Shown piece by piece: positions 37,467 through 48,400 of a stretch of DNA of 64,000 nt. The notes beneath the pieces were generated by a model. The model was not told the DNA's origin, made no database searches, and worked only from the letters and a program-made list of their open reading frames with translations. The stretch lies in IMG/VR virus record IMGVR_UViG_3300032738_000111, positions 14,241 to 78,240 of that record, one strand, 5' to 3'. The translations under genes were made by a program, and so were the position numbers. Source of the stretch: a virus. The first letter of the stretch is position 1. Each line of letters opens with the position of its first letter.

Positions 37467-37741
37467 TATTGGTCCCTCCTTGTATTTGATTCGATGCGCC
37501 TCAGACTGCGCCGTATCTCGTCGAACTGCGCGTCTATTTCGCCCCTCGACATGAAGGCTTCGTCAAGGACAGTCTTGCTCCAGTGGATATTGTTATCGGC
37601 TACATGGCTTGTGAGTATCTGGCCTTGTGCGGCGGCGTAGGACACCCAACCGACTAGCGCGGTCGCGAGTAGTATCGCAACGCCGAGTGTCACCGTGTAC
37701 CGCTTGCTGATATTGTAACCACCGTTGCCATCGCGCCTCAT
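37466..37741 (-). CDS. Single-TM lysis-cassette protein
   Basis: One TM segment plus a coiled C-terminus; first gene of the lysis cassette. Confidence 0.55.
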   Translation of the reverse strand: MRRDGNGGYNISKRYTVTLGVAILLATALVGWVSYAAAQGQILTSHVADNNIHWSKTVLDEAFMSRGEIDAQFDEIRRSLRRIESNTRRDQ

Positions 37742-37841
37742 GCTCGATTCTCCCTGTGCGATTCTGCGTTTCTTCACTTAGTGGTAAACCCCGGCGCAGT
37801 CACCGACGGAGGGCAGGCCGTCGGCGACATGCGCTAGGGGC

Positions 37842-37867
37842 AAAAGGCGGGGAGGGGCATCCCCGCC
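37842..37867 (-). terminator. Intrinsic terminator between tail and lysis genes
   Basis: GGCGGGGA-TGCCCC-TCCCCGCC-TTTT. Confidence 0.6.
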
Positions 37868-37885
37868 CAAACTGCGGTGAATGCC

Positions 37886-38473
37886 TCAGTCGAACACATT
37901 GATGTCATAGGTGCAACCGTCGCGCTCCACATCGCCCGCCGCTGTGGTATAGGTCACAAGTATCTTTACCCGCTTCACACCTGGCCGCGTTGTAACCCCG
38001 CTGGCCGCAGTGATACCATAGCTGGCAACGCCACTGCTGATAGCCATAGCCACTGGCCCGACGATTGCGTAGCCGGGCAACCGGAATGTATCACCGGCTG
38101 CGGGCGTCACTGGCAACGGAATCCCCGTAGTCGCAAGGGTGAAGGTTCCGTCGCTGACAAAGCTAGTGACCATCCACGCCCCGTCCTTGAGCGCAGTACC
38201 GGAAGTGAACTGAAGCATCATGTACTTCCAGAGGTCATTAGCCTGGTCGAAATCGCTATCAACTACCGTCGTGCTCGTGGCGCTATCAACGGTGCCAGTG
38301 ACTTCCTCGTCAGCGTCATATATCCAAATCTCAGCGGAGGTTATATTGAGCTTCGCTTCACCCGCCAGTGATAGGTCGGTACTACTGCGTATCCTCTGCA
38401 TCAGTTGCAGGCGGATAGTCTTGTCGCCATTGACGGGTATGTGGAGCGCGAACTTTGAGCCTTGGTCGGCCAT
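37886..38473 (-). CDS. Putative virion/tail protein
   Basis: Beta-rich (GTVDSATSTTVVDS...PAAGDTF); in the tail module. Confidence 0.6.
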   Translation of the reverse strand: MADQGSKFALHIPVNGDKTIRLQLMQRIRSSTDLSLAGEAKLNITSAEIWIYDADEEVTGTVDSATSTTVVDSDFDQANDLWKYMMLQFTSGTALKDGAWMVTSFVSDGTFTLATTGIPLPVTPAAGDTFRLPGYAIVGPVAMAISSGVASYGITAASGVTTRPGVKRVKILVTYTTAAGDVERDGCTYDINVFD

Positions 38474-39786
38474 TAGTTATCACTCACATCGGCAGGCTGG
38501 ATTGTACCTCTTGCGTTTGCGGCGCGGACAAGTTCCCAAATCTCAGCAAACAGAACTGCGTCGTGGCCATCGGCGGCGCAGATAATACCTCGCAGGTCGG
38601 CGGGGGAAATTGCGTCACGGACATCGCCGATACTGATAGCGCTGCGGGCATCGGCGACGAGGATTATATTGCAGGCGTCGCCTATGCGGATGACATGCCG
38701 AATGTCTGCGGATAGGACTGCGTCTCGTGCATCGCGGGCGCTGAGAACATCCCACGCCTCGGCGGGGAGCACTGCGTCGCGAGCGTCACGAATAGCAGCT
38801 TCAGAGATGAGTTCGGTAACTGAGGGTAGCGTCACTACGATGTTCGTGACGCCGGCCTGGATATAGGCACCCGTGATAACTGCTACCGCTGGCAACGAGG
38901 CTACAACATCTAGGACCGCAGCCGCGACCGTTGCCCCGCCAGTACCAGCGGCGGTCGGAGCGCTTGCGGTGATAGTTGAGGTGGCTGCTGCAATCGCTGC
39001 CCCGCCTGCTATACTAGCCAACTGCGCGGACGCTATAAGCTCGGCTACACTGGCGGATATAATCGCCCCGGTAATCACGCCGGCTGTCGGCGCGGAGGCC
39101 GTCAGACTACTGGCCGCCGCAGCGATAGTGGCTCCGCCGGTAGCAGTGACGGTCGGTGCAGAACTGAGCAGGTCAGCAACTGATGCTGGAACGATAGCCC
39201 CGGTTGTTATACCCGGCGCGGGCACAGAACTGAGCAAGTCAGTTACCGATGCGGCGACAATGGCTCCAGTCGTCAAGCTGGGTATTGGCGCGGAACTGAG
39301 TAGGTCGGTTACTGACGCAGCAATGACAGCGCCGGTCGTCAAGCTGGGTGTCAGCACAGAACTCAACAGGTCAGTTACCGACGCCGCGATGATAGCTCCG
39401 GTCGTCAGGCTAGGCGCGGGCACAGAACTGAGCAGCTCGGCGACCGATACTGGAATAGTAGCCCCGCCGGTTGCAGTAACCGTCGGCACCGAACTCAACA
39501 GGTCGGCTACTGATACGGCGACAATAGCTCCACCAATTGCGGTAGCTGTTGGCATAGAACTAAGCAAGTCGGTCACTGATGCGGCGACCGTAGCCCCACC
39601 TGTCGCAACAGCAGTCGGCGCGGACGCAAGCAGGTCGGCAACCGATACAGATACAACAGCCCCGCCAGTCGCAATAGCACTTGGTGCGGATGCTGTCAAC
39701 TCAGCTGCCGACGCATCAATCTCCACGTTGCCTACCGCAGGCCCGGCATTGAATTGCGCGCCATTGAATCCCGCGTCATTGAACAT
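38473..39786 (-). CDS. Ala/Thr/Ser-rich tail-associated repeat protein
   Basis: About 13 repeats of 22 aa (GAxxAASVxDLLSSxPTxxxT), then about 11 repeats of 9 aa. Confidence 0.75.
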   Translation of the reverse strand: MFNDAGFNGAQFNAGPAVGNVEIDASAAELTASAPSAIATGGAVVSVSVADLLASAPTAVATGGATVAASVTDLLSSMPTATAIGGAIVAVSVADLLSSVPTVTATGGATIPVSVAELLSSVPAPSLTTGAIIAASVTDLLSSVLTPSLTTGAVIAASVTDLLSSAPIPSLTTGAIVAASVTDLLSSVPAPGITTGAIVPASVADLLSSAPTVTATGGATIAAAASSLTASAPTAGVITGAIISASVAELIASAQLASIAGGAAIAAATSTITASAPTAAGTGGATVAAAVLDVVASLPAVAVITGAYIQAGVTNIVVTLPSVTELISEAAIRDARDAVLPAEAWDVLSARDARDAVLSADIRHVIRIGDACNIILVADARSAISIGDVRDAISPADLRGIICAADGHDAVLFAEIWELVRAANARGTIQPADVSDN

Positions 39787-39805
39787 GAATCACCCTGCCT
39801 GTTGC

Positions 39806-39994
39806 CTAGTCGCCCGCAAGGGTTAGTGGCGGAATCTCGTCCCCGTCACCCGCCGACAGGAGCTTCTCTTGCAGGCTGACAATAATCCCCGCAAGCTGCG
39901 TCGGCACAGAAATCTGCGGCGACCTCATCATGCCGAGTAGCACGGCGCGTTCGTCAATGGTCAGCTCTATTAGGTACGTTTGTTCATTCATCAT
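39806..39994 (-). CDS. Small protein, possible fibre chaperone
   Basis: Follows a fibre gene; GGAGAGGG upstream. Confidence 0.5.
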   Translation of the reverse strand: MMNEQTYLIELTIDERAVLLGMMRSPQISVPTQLAGIIVSLQEKLLSAGDGDEIPPLTLAGD

Positions 39995-40058
39995 CTGGTA
40001 TCCGCCCTCTCCTGTAGTCTGCTTGGTATCGAAATGAATGGTTTCATCTGTGCCCCTC

Positions 40059-41627
40059 CTAAGACTGCTTCACCAAGCCGAGATTCTGCAAGGCTGTTAT
40101 CACGTTGTCCACTGTCGCGCCGACGCCCGTTGCAAGGACTGCCTGCGCGATTGGCGCAGTGCCGTAGAAGCCAACGTTGCTCCCGTCGTGGTCAAAGTCT
40201 CCGTCAACCTCCAGGCCGGTGCCATGAACGACTACCGTACCCGTTCCCGCGCATATCAGCCGGAGGTCCGCGTCGGTCACTTCGTTTGCAATGGTGAAGG
40301 TCGCCGCTGCTCCCGACGGATGGCCGAGGTAGGCGCTGCGAGCGTTCCCCAATCCAAGGCGGTAGAAGCCCATGTATGTGAGTGAAGTTCCCGCAAGGCG
40401 GAGGCTCTGCCCGTTGTGCGTTACCGTCGTCTGGCCGCCAATGGTAGTGGTACTGCCAACATCGACAGTAGCACCTACTGCAAAACTGTCATCGGTCTTG
40501 AGCGCGTTAGCCGCGCTGCGATAGAGGTTAGTATCCTCAGCGGCTCCGAAGTAAAGCGTTCCGCCGAGAACATTCTTGGCGGTCCCATTCTGATAGAAGC
40601 CGTAGTCAACGCCGGTCTGTTCCCACAGGTACATCATGTACGTAGTACCGCCGACGGTGCCATCGAAGTCTCCACGAATCATGGCGGCAAAGGCATCGCC
40701 GGTTATCTCGTTAGCTGCTTCTTGGTCAATCTCGGCGAGGAGGCCGCGCACATCGCCCCAGACCTTGCCGCCGTCGAGGTCAGCAAAAGCGCGAGCGCCA
40801 TAGACATAAGCATCGGCAATAGCGTCGCCAACATTGCCATCGGTGAGGATGGCGCGAGAGAAAGTGCCGTAGAGGTTGCCTATCGTGCCTGCGGCTTGCT
40901 CCATCCGCATATAATGATAGGCACCAGAGTACTCATGGGCAGTAGTTGAAGCACCAGCAGTCTTGCGATTCTGTGAGTACATACCTATGTAGTTAGCAGC
41001 GGAATCAATGTTCCAGTTGGATAGGTAAATTGGCGATAATCCTGGCGTCGGCACCGGTGGAATCCCCACGCTGACACCAGCAAAGCGCGGCGTCCCCGTC
41101 GTCGTCACGTCCTGCCCGATGTAGCTATGGTCAGTCCCCGTGCTCAAGTCCGCGAGGTCACCATGACTCACCGCCGCGCCGTCCCTATCGGGATGGTGGT
41201 CATGTAGGGTAATCACACCAGTAATCTGTTCGAGCAACTCGGCTACTACATGCAATCGGACAGCGTCGCCATCAGCGTGCCCGACATCGCCAACCCCGTC
41301 CTGATTTCGCGTCACGGTAAGGACGTTGCCGGAGATAGCAATTACCCGCATAACCTCCATGCCTTCGCCGCTACCGCCGCCATCATCATCGCCAGGGTCA
41401 TAATAGGTTTCCCTGTCCCAAACCGTTATCAGGAACGGCATGGTCGTGGGAAACTCCGAGGCGTCATTGAGAGTGATAGTCGAGTCGCCCGCCGACACCG
41501 CACCATCCAGCGTATCCTTGGCATTGTTCTCGACTCTGTACCAAGCAGTCGGTATATTGATGGTCGGGCCTGCTGCTATAGCACTCGTTAGACTAATAGC
41601 TGTTGCTGTTACTTCTACATCAGCCAT
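40059..41627 (-). CDS. Tail fibre protein
   Basis: N-terminal anchor NNA..TL...TVTR shared with 48954-50801; DTNLYRSAANALKTDD; C-terminal GFYGTAP. Confidence 0.75.
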   Translation of the reverse strand: MADVEVTATAISLTSAIAAGPTINIPTAWYRVENNAKDTLDGAVSAGDSTITLNDASEFPTTMPFLITVWDRETYYDPGDDDGGGSGEGMEVMRVIAISGNVLTVTRNQDGVGDVGHADGDAVRLHVVAELLEQITGVITLHDHHPDRDGAAVSHGDLADLSTGTDHSYIGQDVTTTGTPRFAGVSVGIPPVPTPGLSPIYLSNWNIDSAANYIGMYSQNRKTAGASTTAHEYSGAYHYMRMEQAAGTIGNLYGTFSRAILTDGNVGDAIADAYVYGARAFADLDGGKVWGDVRGLLAEIDQEAANEITGDAFAAMIRGDFDGTVGGTTYMMYLWEQTGVDYGFYQNGTAKNVLGGTLYFGAAEDTNLYRSAANALKTDDSFAVGATVDVGSTTTIGGQTTVTHNGQSLRLAGTSLTYMGFYRLGLGNARSAYLGHPSGAAATFTIANEVTDADLRLICAGTGTVVVHGTGLEVDGDFDHDGSNVGFYGTAPIAQAVLATGVGATVDNVITALQNLGLVKQS

Positions 41628-41638
41628 GGGATAGCTCC

Positions 41639-42067
41639 CTACCCGAGATTGATAATGCCTTCGCTATCCCAAGTGATTTTGAAATCCCCACCCGAGGCAG
41701 TCTTATCCGCTGCGAAATCAATCGCCGCAATCAACAGCGAGGTTGCCGCTGCACCGGATGACTGGTAGATGATAGCTTGGCGGGCAACGATGGTGGCGGT
41801 GCTCCACGTTACATCATCAGCGTCAAACACGCCTTCATCATCAGTGTTATCCTGCGTCACTAGTTGGTTTGCTAGCGAGGTACCCCCAGCCGAATACCCA
41901 GTTCCCGAAACCTCGTTAGAGATGTCGGCGAAGTCCTCGTGGGCATCAATATCGGCGGTATAGCTGGAGGTGACAAGCGCAATCTTGATGGTGTCGCCTC
42001 CGTTACTAAGGTCGTATTCGCCCCCTAGTAAGCCCAGCTTGAAACGGTTGAACACTACATTAGCCAT
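41639..42067 (-). CDS. Minor tail protein
   Basis: DTIKIALV...EVSGTGYSAGG...FDADDVTW pattern common in phage tail modules. Confidence 0.7.
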   Translation of the reverse strand: MANVVFNRFKLGLLGGEYDLSNGGDTIKIALVTSSYTADIDAHEDFADISNEVSGTGYSAGGTSLANQLVTQDNTDDEGVFDADDVTWSTATIVARQAIIYQSSGAAATSLLIAAIDFAADKTASGGDFKITWDSEGIINLG

Positions 42068-42078
42068 TGCTCTGCTCC

Positions 42079-42870
42079 TTAGTGGGCGAGTGTGCCGTAT
42101 ACGATAACGCCGAGGTTTTGTGCGCCGGTGCCAACTTGGTCAACGTCTATCCGCAGTACCTCGCCAGCGTTGAGCCTCCGGGTACCATCGGGGACGCCTG
42201 AGGATTCGACTGTGTAATTGGCTGTGGTGCTACCCACTGAAGGCCGCAGGTTTGTGGTCGTGAATATAGTCGTCGGCGTGCTCCCGCTGCTGCCCGCGTG
42301 GACATCAACGATGGTGGTGGAAGCACTACCATTATCAGACATGACAATCTTGACCAGATTTATCCAGCAGTCGTAGGGAATGGGTACGGCCATCTTGATG
42401 CCGGTCGTCACCGTGTCGGTGCAGAACCAGGAGGAAACCAGCACCCGCTCTATCCCGTACTGGCGCAGGTCAACGAGGCTGCTCAGGGTAGTCGCGCCAT
42501 CCCAAGTGACCAAGCAGAATATCAGGTCGCCAGCGGTGCCGGTGGTTGGTGCGCTAGTGGACTTGGCTAATGCCGGGACGCTGGCATCCCAATAAACGTA
42601 GTAGTCATCCGCAGCATCCGAACCGGAGAATGTGATACTCTCCGCGCCGAGGTAGCGCCTGCCGCTTGCATACCCCCTGCCGGAAGCAATGTCAATATCG
42701 GCGCTGTCAATACTGGCAGCGAGGCCGCTGATGATACCCGCCTGCGCCCATTCGTCAAGCCGCTCCTCAAACTCAAGCTGGAGGCCGTCGCCAGCGTTGT
42801 TGAATATGCTGGGCACTACGGTATCGGTACTGGCGATGCTGTACTTGTCGTCGTAATTGTCTTTTGCCAT
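42079..42870 (-). CDS. Minor tail protein
   Basis: TTIFTT..RPSV...LRIDVDQVG.GA..L.V C-terminal module. Confidence 0.65.
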   Translation of the reverse strand: MAKDNYDDKYSIASTDTVVPSIFNNAGDGLQLEFEERLDEWAQAGIISGLAASIDSADIDIASGRGYASGRRYLGAESITFSGSDAADDYYVYWDASVPALAKSTSAPTTGTAGDLIFCLVTWDGATTLSSLVDLRQYGIERVLVSSWFCTDTVTTGIKMAVPIPYDCWINLVKIVMSDNGSASTTIVDVHAGSSGSTPTTIFTTTNLRPSVGSTTANYTVESSGVPDGTRRLNAGEVLRIDVDQVGTGAQNLGVIVYGTLAH

Positions 42871-42873
42871 TCG

Positions 42874-43179
42874 TTACTCCTCCGCAAAGTCTATGTCGCG
42901 GTTGAAGAAACTGCGCCCGTCGAAGAACCCTGTGTCTGGCTGCGATTCAGTTGCGAATACGTTCATGTCCTCAAAGGCGTTGATACCGTCAAACAAAATC
43001 CAGCCGTAGGGAGCGAATGTAGTGAGGCCGTCGAATGTGACCGAGGCATTGAAGGTAGCGTTACCCGTCGAGCCATACCCTGGCCGCGCCGCCGCAAGCC
43101 TGCCCATAGCCTCCGCCGCACCCACAGTCAGGGCGCGGGGCTGTGCGAACCGGCCTATGACATCCTTGGCTCGTGGCAC
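42874..43179 (-). CDS. Small tail-module protein with F(D/N)G repeats
   Basis: Position in the tail module; repeated FDG/FN motifs. Confidence 0.5.
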   Translation of the reverse strand: MPRAKDVIGRFAQPRALTVGAAEAMGRLAAARPGYGSTGNATFNASVTFDGLTTFAPYGWILFDGINAFEDMNVFATESQPDTGFFDGRSFFNRDIDFAEE

Positions 43180-43191
43180 TAGTGCTGCTCC

Positions 43192-45498
43192 CTATGCCGA
43201 ACTTGTAGTAAGGGGGAAGTAGAGTTCTGCCGTGAATGTCTGCCGCGCCGAGAAGCGGTCGGGCATATCCCCCTCCTCTTCGACTATCCGGTAAATCGCA
43301 TCAGTCGTTATGTTCATCTTGCTAACCTGCACCTGCACGAACTTGTTGGGGCCGAGGCTCGTATCAGGTGTCATGCTCCACTTGATACGGCTCGGCATTT
43401 CGCCCAGTTCATTCCAACGCCGCCATCCCGCCTCAAGTCCCGTTGCCATATCCGTCTCTCGTATAACCTCCCACAGGTCGCAGCCGATGAAGTTGCTGCT
43501 GCTTGAGGTCAGGTGCGAAGGTTGGTCAGCCCACAATACCGACTGCTCCCTGCCGCCAGTCGCAACAATCAGCAGCAGGTAGTTACGGAACTCTTCGCGA
43601 GAGGAAGTGTGTTCCACCATCCACGCGAAGTCGGCGGCGGTAGCGGTATCATCGTCAAGTAGCCAGTCCCGCGTGCCGCTGTAGCTTGGCCGCACTCGCA
43701 GGAAATACTGGCTAGTCTCCGCATCCCAACCCCACTCGCGGCCCATACTACCCACTACTTGGTCGAGCGCATCGGGCACGGTAGCAGTCGGGTCATAGGC
43801 ATGGGCGTGTTCGTCCTGCGGCAGGCCTATCGGTATCACCGGATCGTCAACTGTATCCACCATCGCCAGGATGTCCGTCAGGCGTGCGGCTGGTTCGCCC
43901 GCATTGTAGAGTGTGGCATGTACCCAAGTAGCAAGTTGGTCGCCGCCCGCCGCTGTAACCCACGCCATATACTTCTTGCTCAACCGCGCGTCAATCGGGT
44001 CTTGTACTGGCAGAGTGATATATGCCGCCGTACCTACCTCACGTTCGCCCTCCCGCAACCTTCCGAGGTCACCGACATGCCCTTGGAATTTCTGCGCCTT
44101 AGCGTCACCGTGCTTGCCGATACTGACGGTGACTAGCTCCTGCCCTTGCCAGGTGCGACTGCCAGCAGTGTCGCGGACGGAGATTGTTGCGCTCTGCCCG
44201 CGCCCGCTAGCGTTGAGGGAATAGCTGAGAGACTGGACATCTTGGTCGCCCGTGAGCGAGACCGGGCTGCTGTTGGCCGCCTGCCGATGGGCATTGATTG
44301 CCATAGTCGCGACGTAGCAGACGGGGCAGGAATTCTTCGCGGCGGTATGACCGTAAGTGAAGGTGGTCTTGGCGGCTATCTCAATACTGCCCACTAATCC
44401 GCAGGCTTCCGTGCAAGTGTTGTACCCAGTAATACAAGCCTGTATAGCATCGGGGTCATCGCCAGCGTCTGTAACGCAGGTCTCATAAGCTGCGAGGCAG
44501 GCATTGAGGCAATCACGGTCGAGTTCCCCTACGCTTCCGGTCTCGGCGGTAGTGCGAACATACCAGTAATCATTCGGCTCCCAACTATGATTGTGCCAAC
44601 TACGGTCTTCGGCGGCCACGTTGTACAATTGGTCATTGAGCAGCAACCACGGGCGGCCAGTGACGGAGGACGAGCTTGGGTATTCTATCTCTGCGGCATA
44701 CACTTTGCACGGAACGCCGACAACTGAGATGACTAGCCGGCCCGCTGGAATTGGCCAGGGGGTACTAGGCCGAATCACCCACGCATTGTCAACGCCGAGC
44801 CGCCTGATAACCCACGCGCCGTCCAATAGCTCAAACCAGAATTCGTCAACCAACTCCTCGTTGGCCGTCTTGTACTGCGAGCTTCCTGCACCTTGCCAGG
44901 TTGATAGTACCTCGGAGTAGCCCGTCGTGCGATTGGTGGCGAGCATAAACGGGTACTTGTATGTCTGGTCAGCTATCGGGACGAACCACTCGTACATGTG
45001 ACCTTCAGTCAGATAGGACACTAAGATATACGACGAGGAGGCGGTGTCGTCGTCTCGCTTTGGCGGCGCTGCCCTCGCTGTAACGATACCGAAATTCGGT
45101 TGCACTAACCAGTTCGTACTAATGATACCGACTGCGAGCGGGTCGGCGTTATACATATCCGCAAATTGCGGGCGTTTGTCCAGGATAGCTACGCGCGTGC
45201 GCCGCCAGTTGCCATAATCTCTCCACCAGCCGCGCCCCTCGCCCTCGCTTCCTGTTGCCCACGTCATGTCCCCCTGCGGCAACCAACCGGCAGGCTTGAC
45301 ACCACGGATAGCCTCGATGTATTCCGTGCCGTCGTGGCGGGCCTCCGCTTCCTCGTTACCCCCATAAACACCGGGGCGCTTGTGGACTTTGTGATACCAG
45401 TCCTTATGTAGGCCGAAGAGGTCAATAGCGCCTTCAGCGTCCGGGTTGTCTATGACTATTTCGGCTTCGTAAAAGGGCAAAGCAATCTCCTCAGTCAA
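43192..45498 (-). CDS. Baseplate hub/tail tip-like protein
   Basis: 768 aa in the tail module; C-terminal half has hub-like features (FQGHV, EFRNY, YRIVEE). Confidence 0.6.
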   Translation of the reverse strand: MTEEIALPFYEAEIVIDNPDAEGAIDLFGLHKDWYHKVHKRPGVYGGNEEAEARHDGTEYIEAIRGVKPAGWLPQGDMTWATGSEGEGRGWWRDYGNWRRTRVAILDKRPQFADMYNADPLAVGIISTNWLVQPNFGIVTARAAPPKRDDDTASSSYILVSYLTEGHMYEWFVPIADQTYKYPFMLATNRTTGYSEVLSTWQGAGSSQYKTANEELVDEFWFELLDGAWVIRRLGVDNAWVIRPSTPWPIPAGRLVISVVGVPCKVYAAEIEYPSSSSVTGRPWLLLNDQLYNVAAEDRSWHNHSWEPNDYWYVRTTAETGSVGELDRDCLNACLAAYETCVTDAGDDPDAIQACITGYNTCTEACGLVGSIEIAAKTTFTYGHTAAKNSCPVCYVATMAINAHRQAANSSPVSLTGDQDVQSLSYSLNASGRGQSATISVRDTAGSRTWQGQELVTVSIGKHGDAKAQKFQGHVGDLGRLREGEREVGTAAYITLPVQDPIDARLSKKYMAWVTAAGGDQLATWVHATLYNAGEPAARLTDILAMVDTVDDPVIPIGLPQDEHAHAYDPTATVPDALDQVVGSMGREWGWDAETSQYFLRVRPSYSGTRDWLLDDDTATAADFAWMVEHTSSREEFRNYLLLIVATGGREQSVLWADQPSHLTSSSSNFIGCDLWEVIRETDMATGLEAGWRRWNELGEMPSRIKWSMTPDTSLGPNKFVQVQVSKMNITTDAIYRIVEEEGDMPDRFSARQTFTAELYFPLTTSSA

Positions 45499-48400
45499 TC
45501 ACGTCTGCAACTGCCCACGTCTCTCCGCCGTCGTCGCTGACCATTGGCCTGACCTTGTTGTCTAACGCCACCACTACTAGCACACGCCCATCGGGTATGG
45601 GTACAACGCCAGGCTGCTGCGCGTCGGCGGCAGCAATCTCTTTGACTGTACCCCCTCCGCCGAATTCACATAGCGTCTTTCCCCCATCATCGCTGCGCTG
45701 ATACCACATCTTAGCCTCGCTATAGCCCGCGATATGTATGACTCCGCTACGGTCGGCTTTCGCATTCACTAAGGTCAACCCGTCGCCCAGCAATGCAACC
45801 GCCTCCCATGTCTCGCCCTGATTGATACTGATAAATGCGGCGGTCTTAGCCCTGCCCCGGTCATGTCCTGTGACTACAATCCTGTCATCGGGCAAGCGCG
45901 TCACACTAGGATTATCCCACGGGCCGGTTGTAGCGCCATCCATGACGAGCCGCTTATGTACGCTACCCGCCTCGGGTTCTATCGCTCCGTAACGCCAGCC
46001 CTCCAACCCGTCGTCAACCTGCGCGTAATAGATGCTTCCGGCATCCATCCATGCCAGGTGGGTGATACCGTCTATGCGCCCGATGTCAATGTCCGGCTGG
46101 CCGAAGAGCGAAAGAAACTGACAGGCCCAGGGGGTCTGCGCGAGTCTTGTAATCGGCGTCGGCGCGTCAATGAAGGCGGGGGTATCCCCCACCACCCGGA
46201 AGCTGTTCGGGTCTTCGCTGAGGCTGCTCGTGATATTGGTCACGTCGGCGATGAAGTCGCAGGCGGCAGGCGTGGTCACACCCTCGGCGTCGGCGGCAAC
46301 AACCTTCGCGCTTGTAGTCATCTGCTTAGGCAAGTCAAGGCCTGCTGGCAGTGGTATCAAGAAATCGCGGGCGTACCCATCGGCCATTGTGCAGGTGATT
46401 GTGTAGGTAGCATCGGCAACGATGGTTGCCGGTATTACCTTGGGTTGGACATAGACGGTATTGACTAACTCATTGGTGGCGGCAATGGCAGCGTTATCAG
46501 CCCCGTCGGTGAAGGCGTTGCCACTCCACGTTGCCAGTGTCGGGTGTTGAACAACCCAACGCCCGCCAGAAATATAAGCGTCGGTTTCGAGGTAGTCAAC
46601 GGGCCGCAGCCACTTGTCGAGTAGCCGGTCGCTAAGGTTGTTGGGGCGATAGCGAAGGGCGCGAACATCATAGTCGTCACTCGCTACGGAACTGCCCACA
46701 CTTGGGAGTCTTACCCAACTTCGTGCATCCCTCCAGCACAACGTCTGCATACAGTAGCCGTACAGGTAACCGGAAGCAGACGGCCAACGCCAGACAGGAC
46801 CGTGGCAATAAGGGCAGGTGTTGCCCGTGATACAGCCTACGTGTACATTGTCATCCCCGCCGTCACCCGACAGCACCCGCACCTCGTGCCGCCGCCAGTC
46901 ACCCCATTCCAATCCATAGCGGTCAGCCTCCGTGAGGTTCCCGGAATGTATGCGCGTGAAGTGCCCGTCAACGATATTGCCGGATAACTTGCCGCCGACG
47001 AGTTTTGGCGATATTCGGGAGGAGCCGATTTGTTGATCGTACAGTGGTGTGGCTGGGTCTTGGTACAGACCGTTGGGATCACCAGTGCGGCTGGACGTAT
47101 TTGGCGCGACATTGAGGACACTTTCGTCATGCGCTTCTAGGTCCCAGATATAATCGCCATCTGCGCTCCACTGCCACGTATAGTCACCCGTAGGTAACCC
47201 TGTTCCAGGATCGATTTCTTCTATCTGTTCCGGCGCAGGCCTCACACGGACAGGTTCCGACCTTACTCCGCGTGGGATACTCTCGAAGCCGACACTAGGC
47301 TGCCGCCCGTTTCTTTCTACCAATAAGTACGGTGGGCGCATCGTTTGCCAGTAGAGGTCGCGGTGGGCAGTGTCATCCCTGAACCAGACGTAGCCGCCCG
47401 CCTCCTCGGGGTCTATGAGTATGCAACGACCTCTAGCAGTGACTTCGTAACATATGCGGTCTGGAGGGTCGGCATCGCGCCGTACATAGAATCCAGTATC
47501 ATTTAGTACAACAACGCAAGGCCAAGTGCCCCCAGATGCCGTCATGTCCGCCTCTGTCCAAGCAATCTGCGAACCGCTACCGATATACCCCACGGGTGCT
47601 TCGCTATAGAGGTCTGCACTAACTGGATCGCCCGCCTCATCATAGGCGTATAGCCAATATGTATCTGCTGGCGGCGCAGCTAGTGCAGGCAGCGCCACCT
47701 CTGTCGTTGCACCCGCAATGACCGTACAGGTTGTACGAGCTGCGATTTGCGTCCAGTGTAAGTCGCCCTCGATGCGTTCCACGCAGATGTATTTACCAGG
47801 TACAAGTCCCGTGATTGTACCGTTGCCCGCGCCATCGAGTTTGACTCTAGTGGTAGGGGCAGGAGTACCAGCAACGTCCTCATGCCACGCATGTGCGACA
47901 ACACCAGGCGGGTCCCCGCTGGGTGTCCCCGTGAAGGCGATGGTGCCGCCCTCAACATTCAGGGTGACATCCTCGCCCTCAAGCACCCGCACCCGCTCGC
48001 CGCGATGGTAGCACCACACGGTAGCTGCGTATTCATCCGGCTTATCCGCATGGTCATCGCGCAGGTCATTCTCTCGTTGGAAAAGTGCGCCGTGTCCGTT
48101 CGGAAAGTATATGTCGTGCAGCCCGGTGCCATTAGCGCGATTCTGCATAACTCTGCCGGCGGCATTGGTCATCCACTCGCCCGTCGTGCCGCTACCCGTG
48201 TCCACGAATATGTCTGCGCCGTATTGGTGCTCCACTATCCCGTCGGCCACAGTCTGGCGCTCTACGGTGAATGTGACATACTCGTATGCCTGCACTACGC
48301 CATCGTGTTCAATGGTGATGTTCGGGCATTTCCAACCCATCACCAACGTCTCGCTGATGGGCTTAGTGCTCCCCGGCGAAGGCGCAATTCGCAGGCCGAG

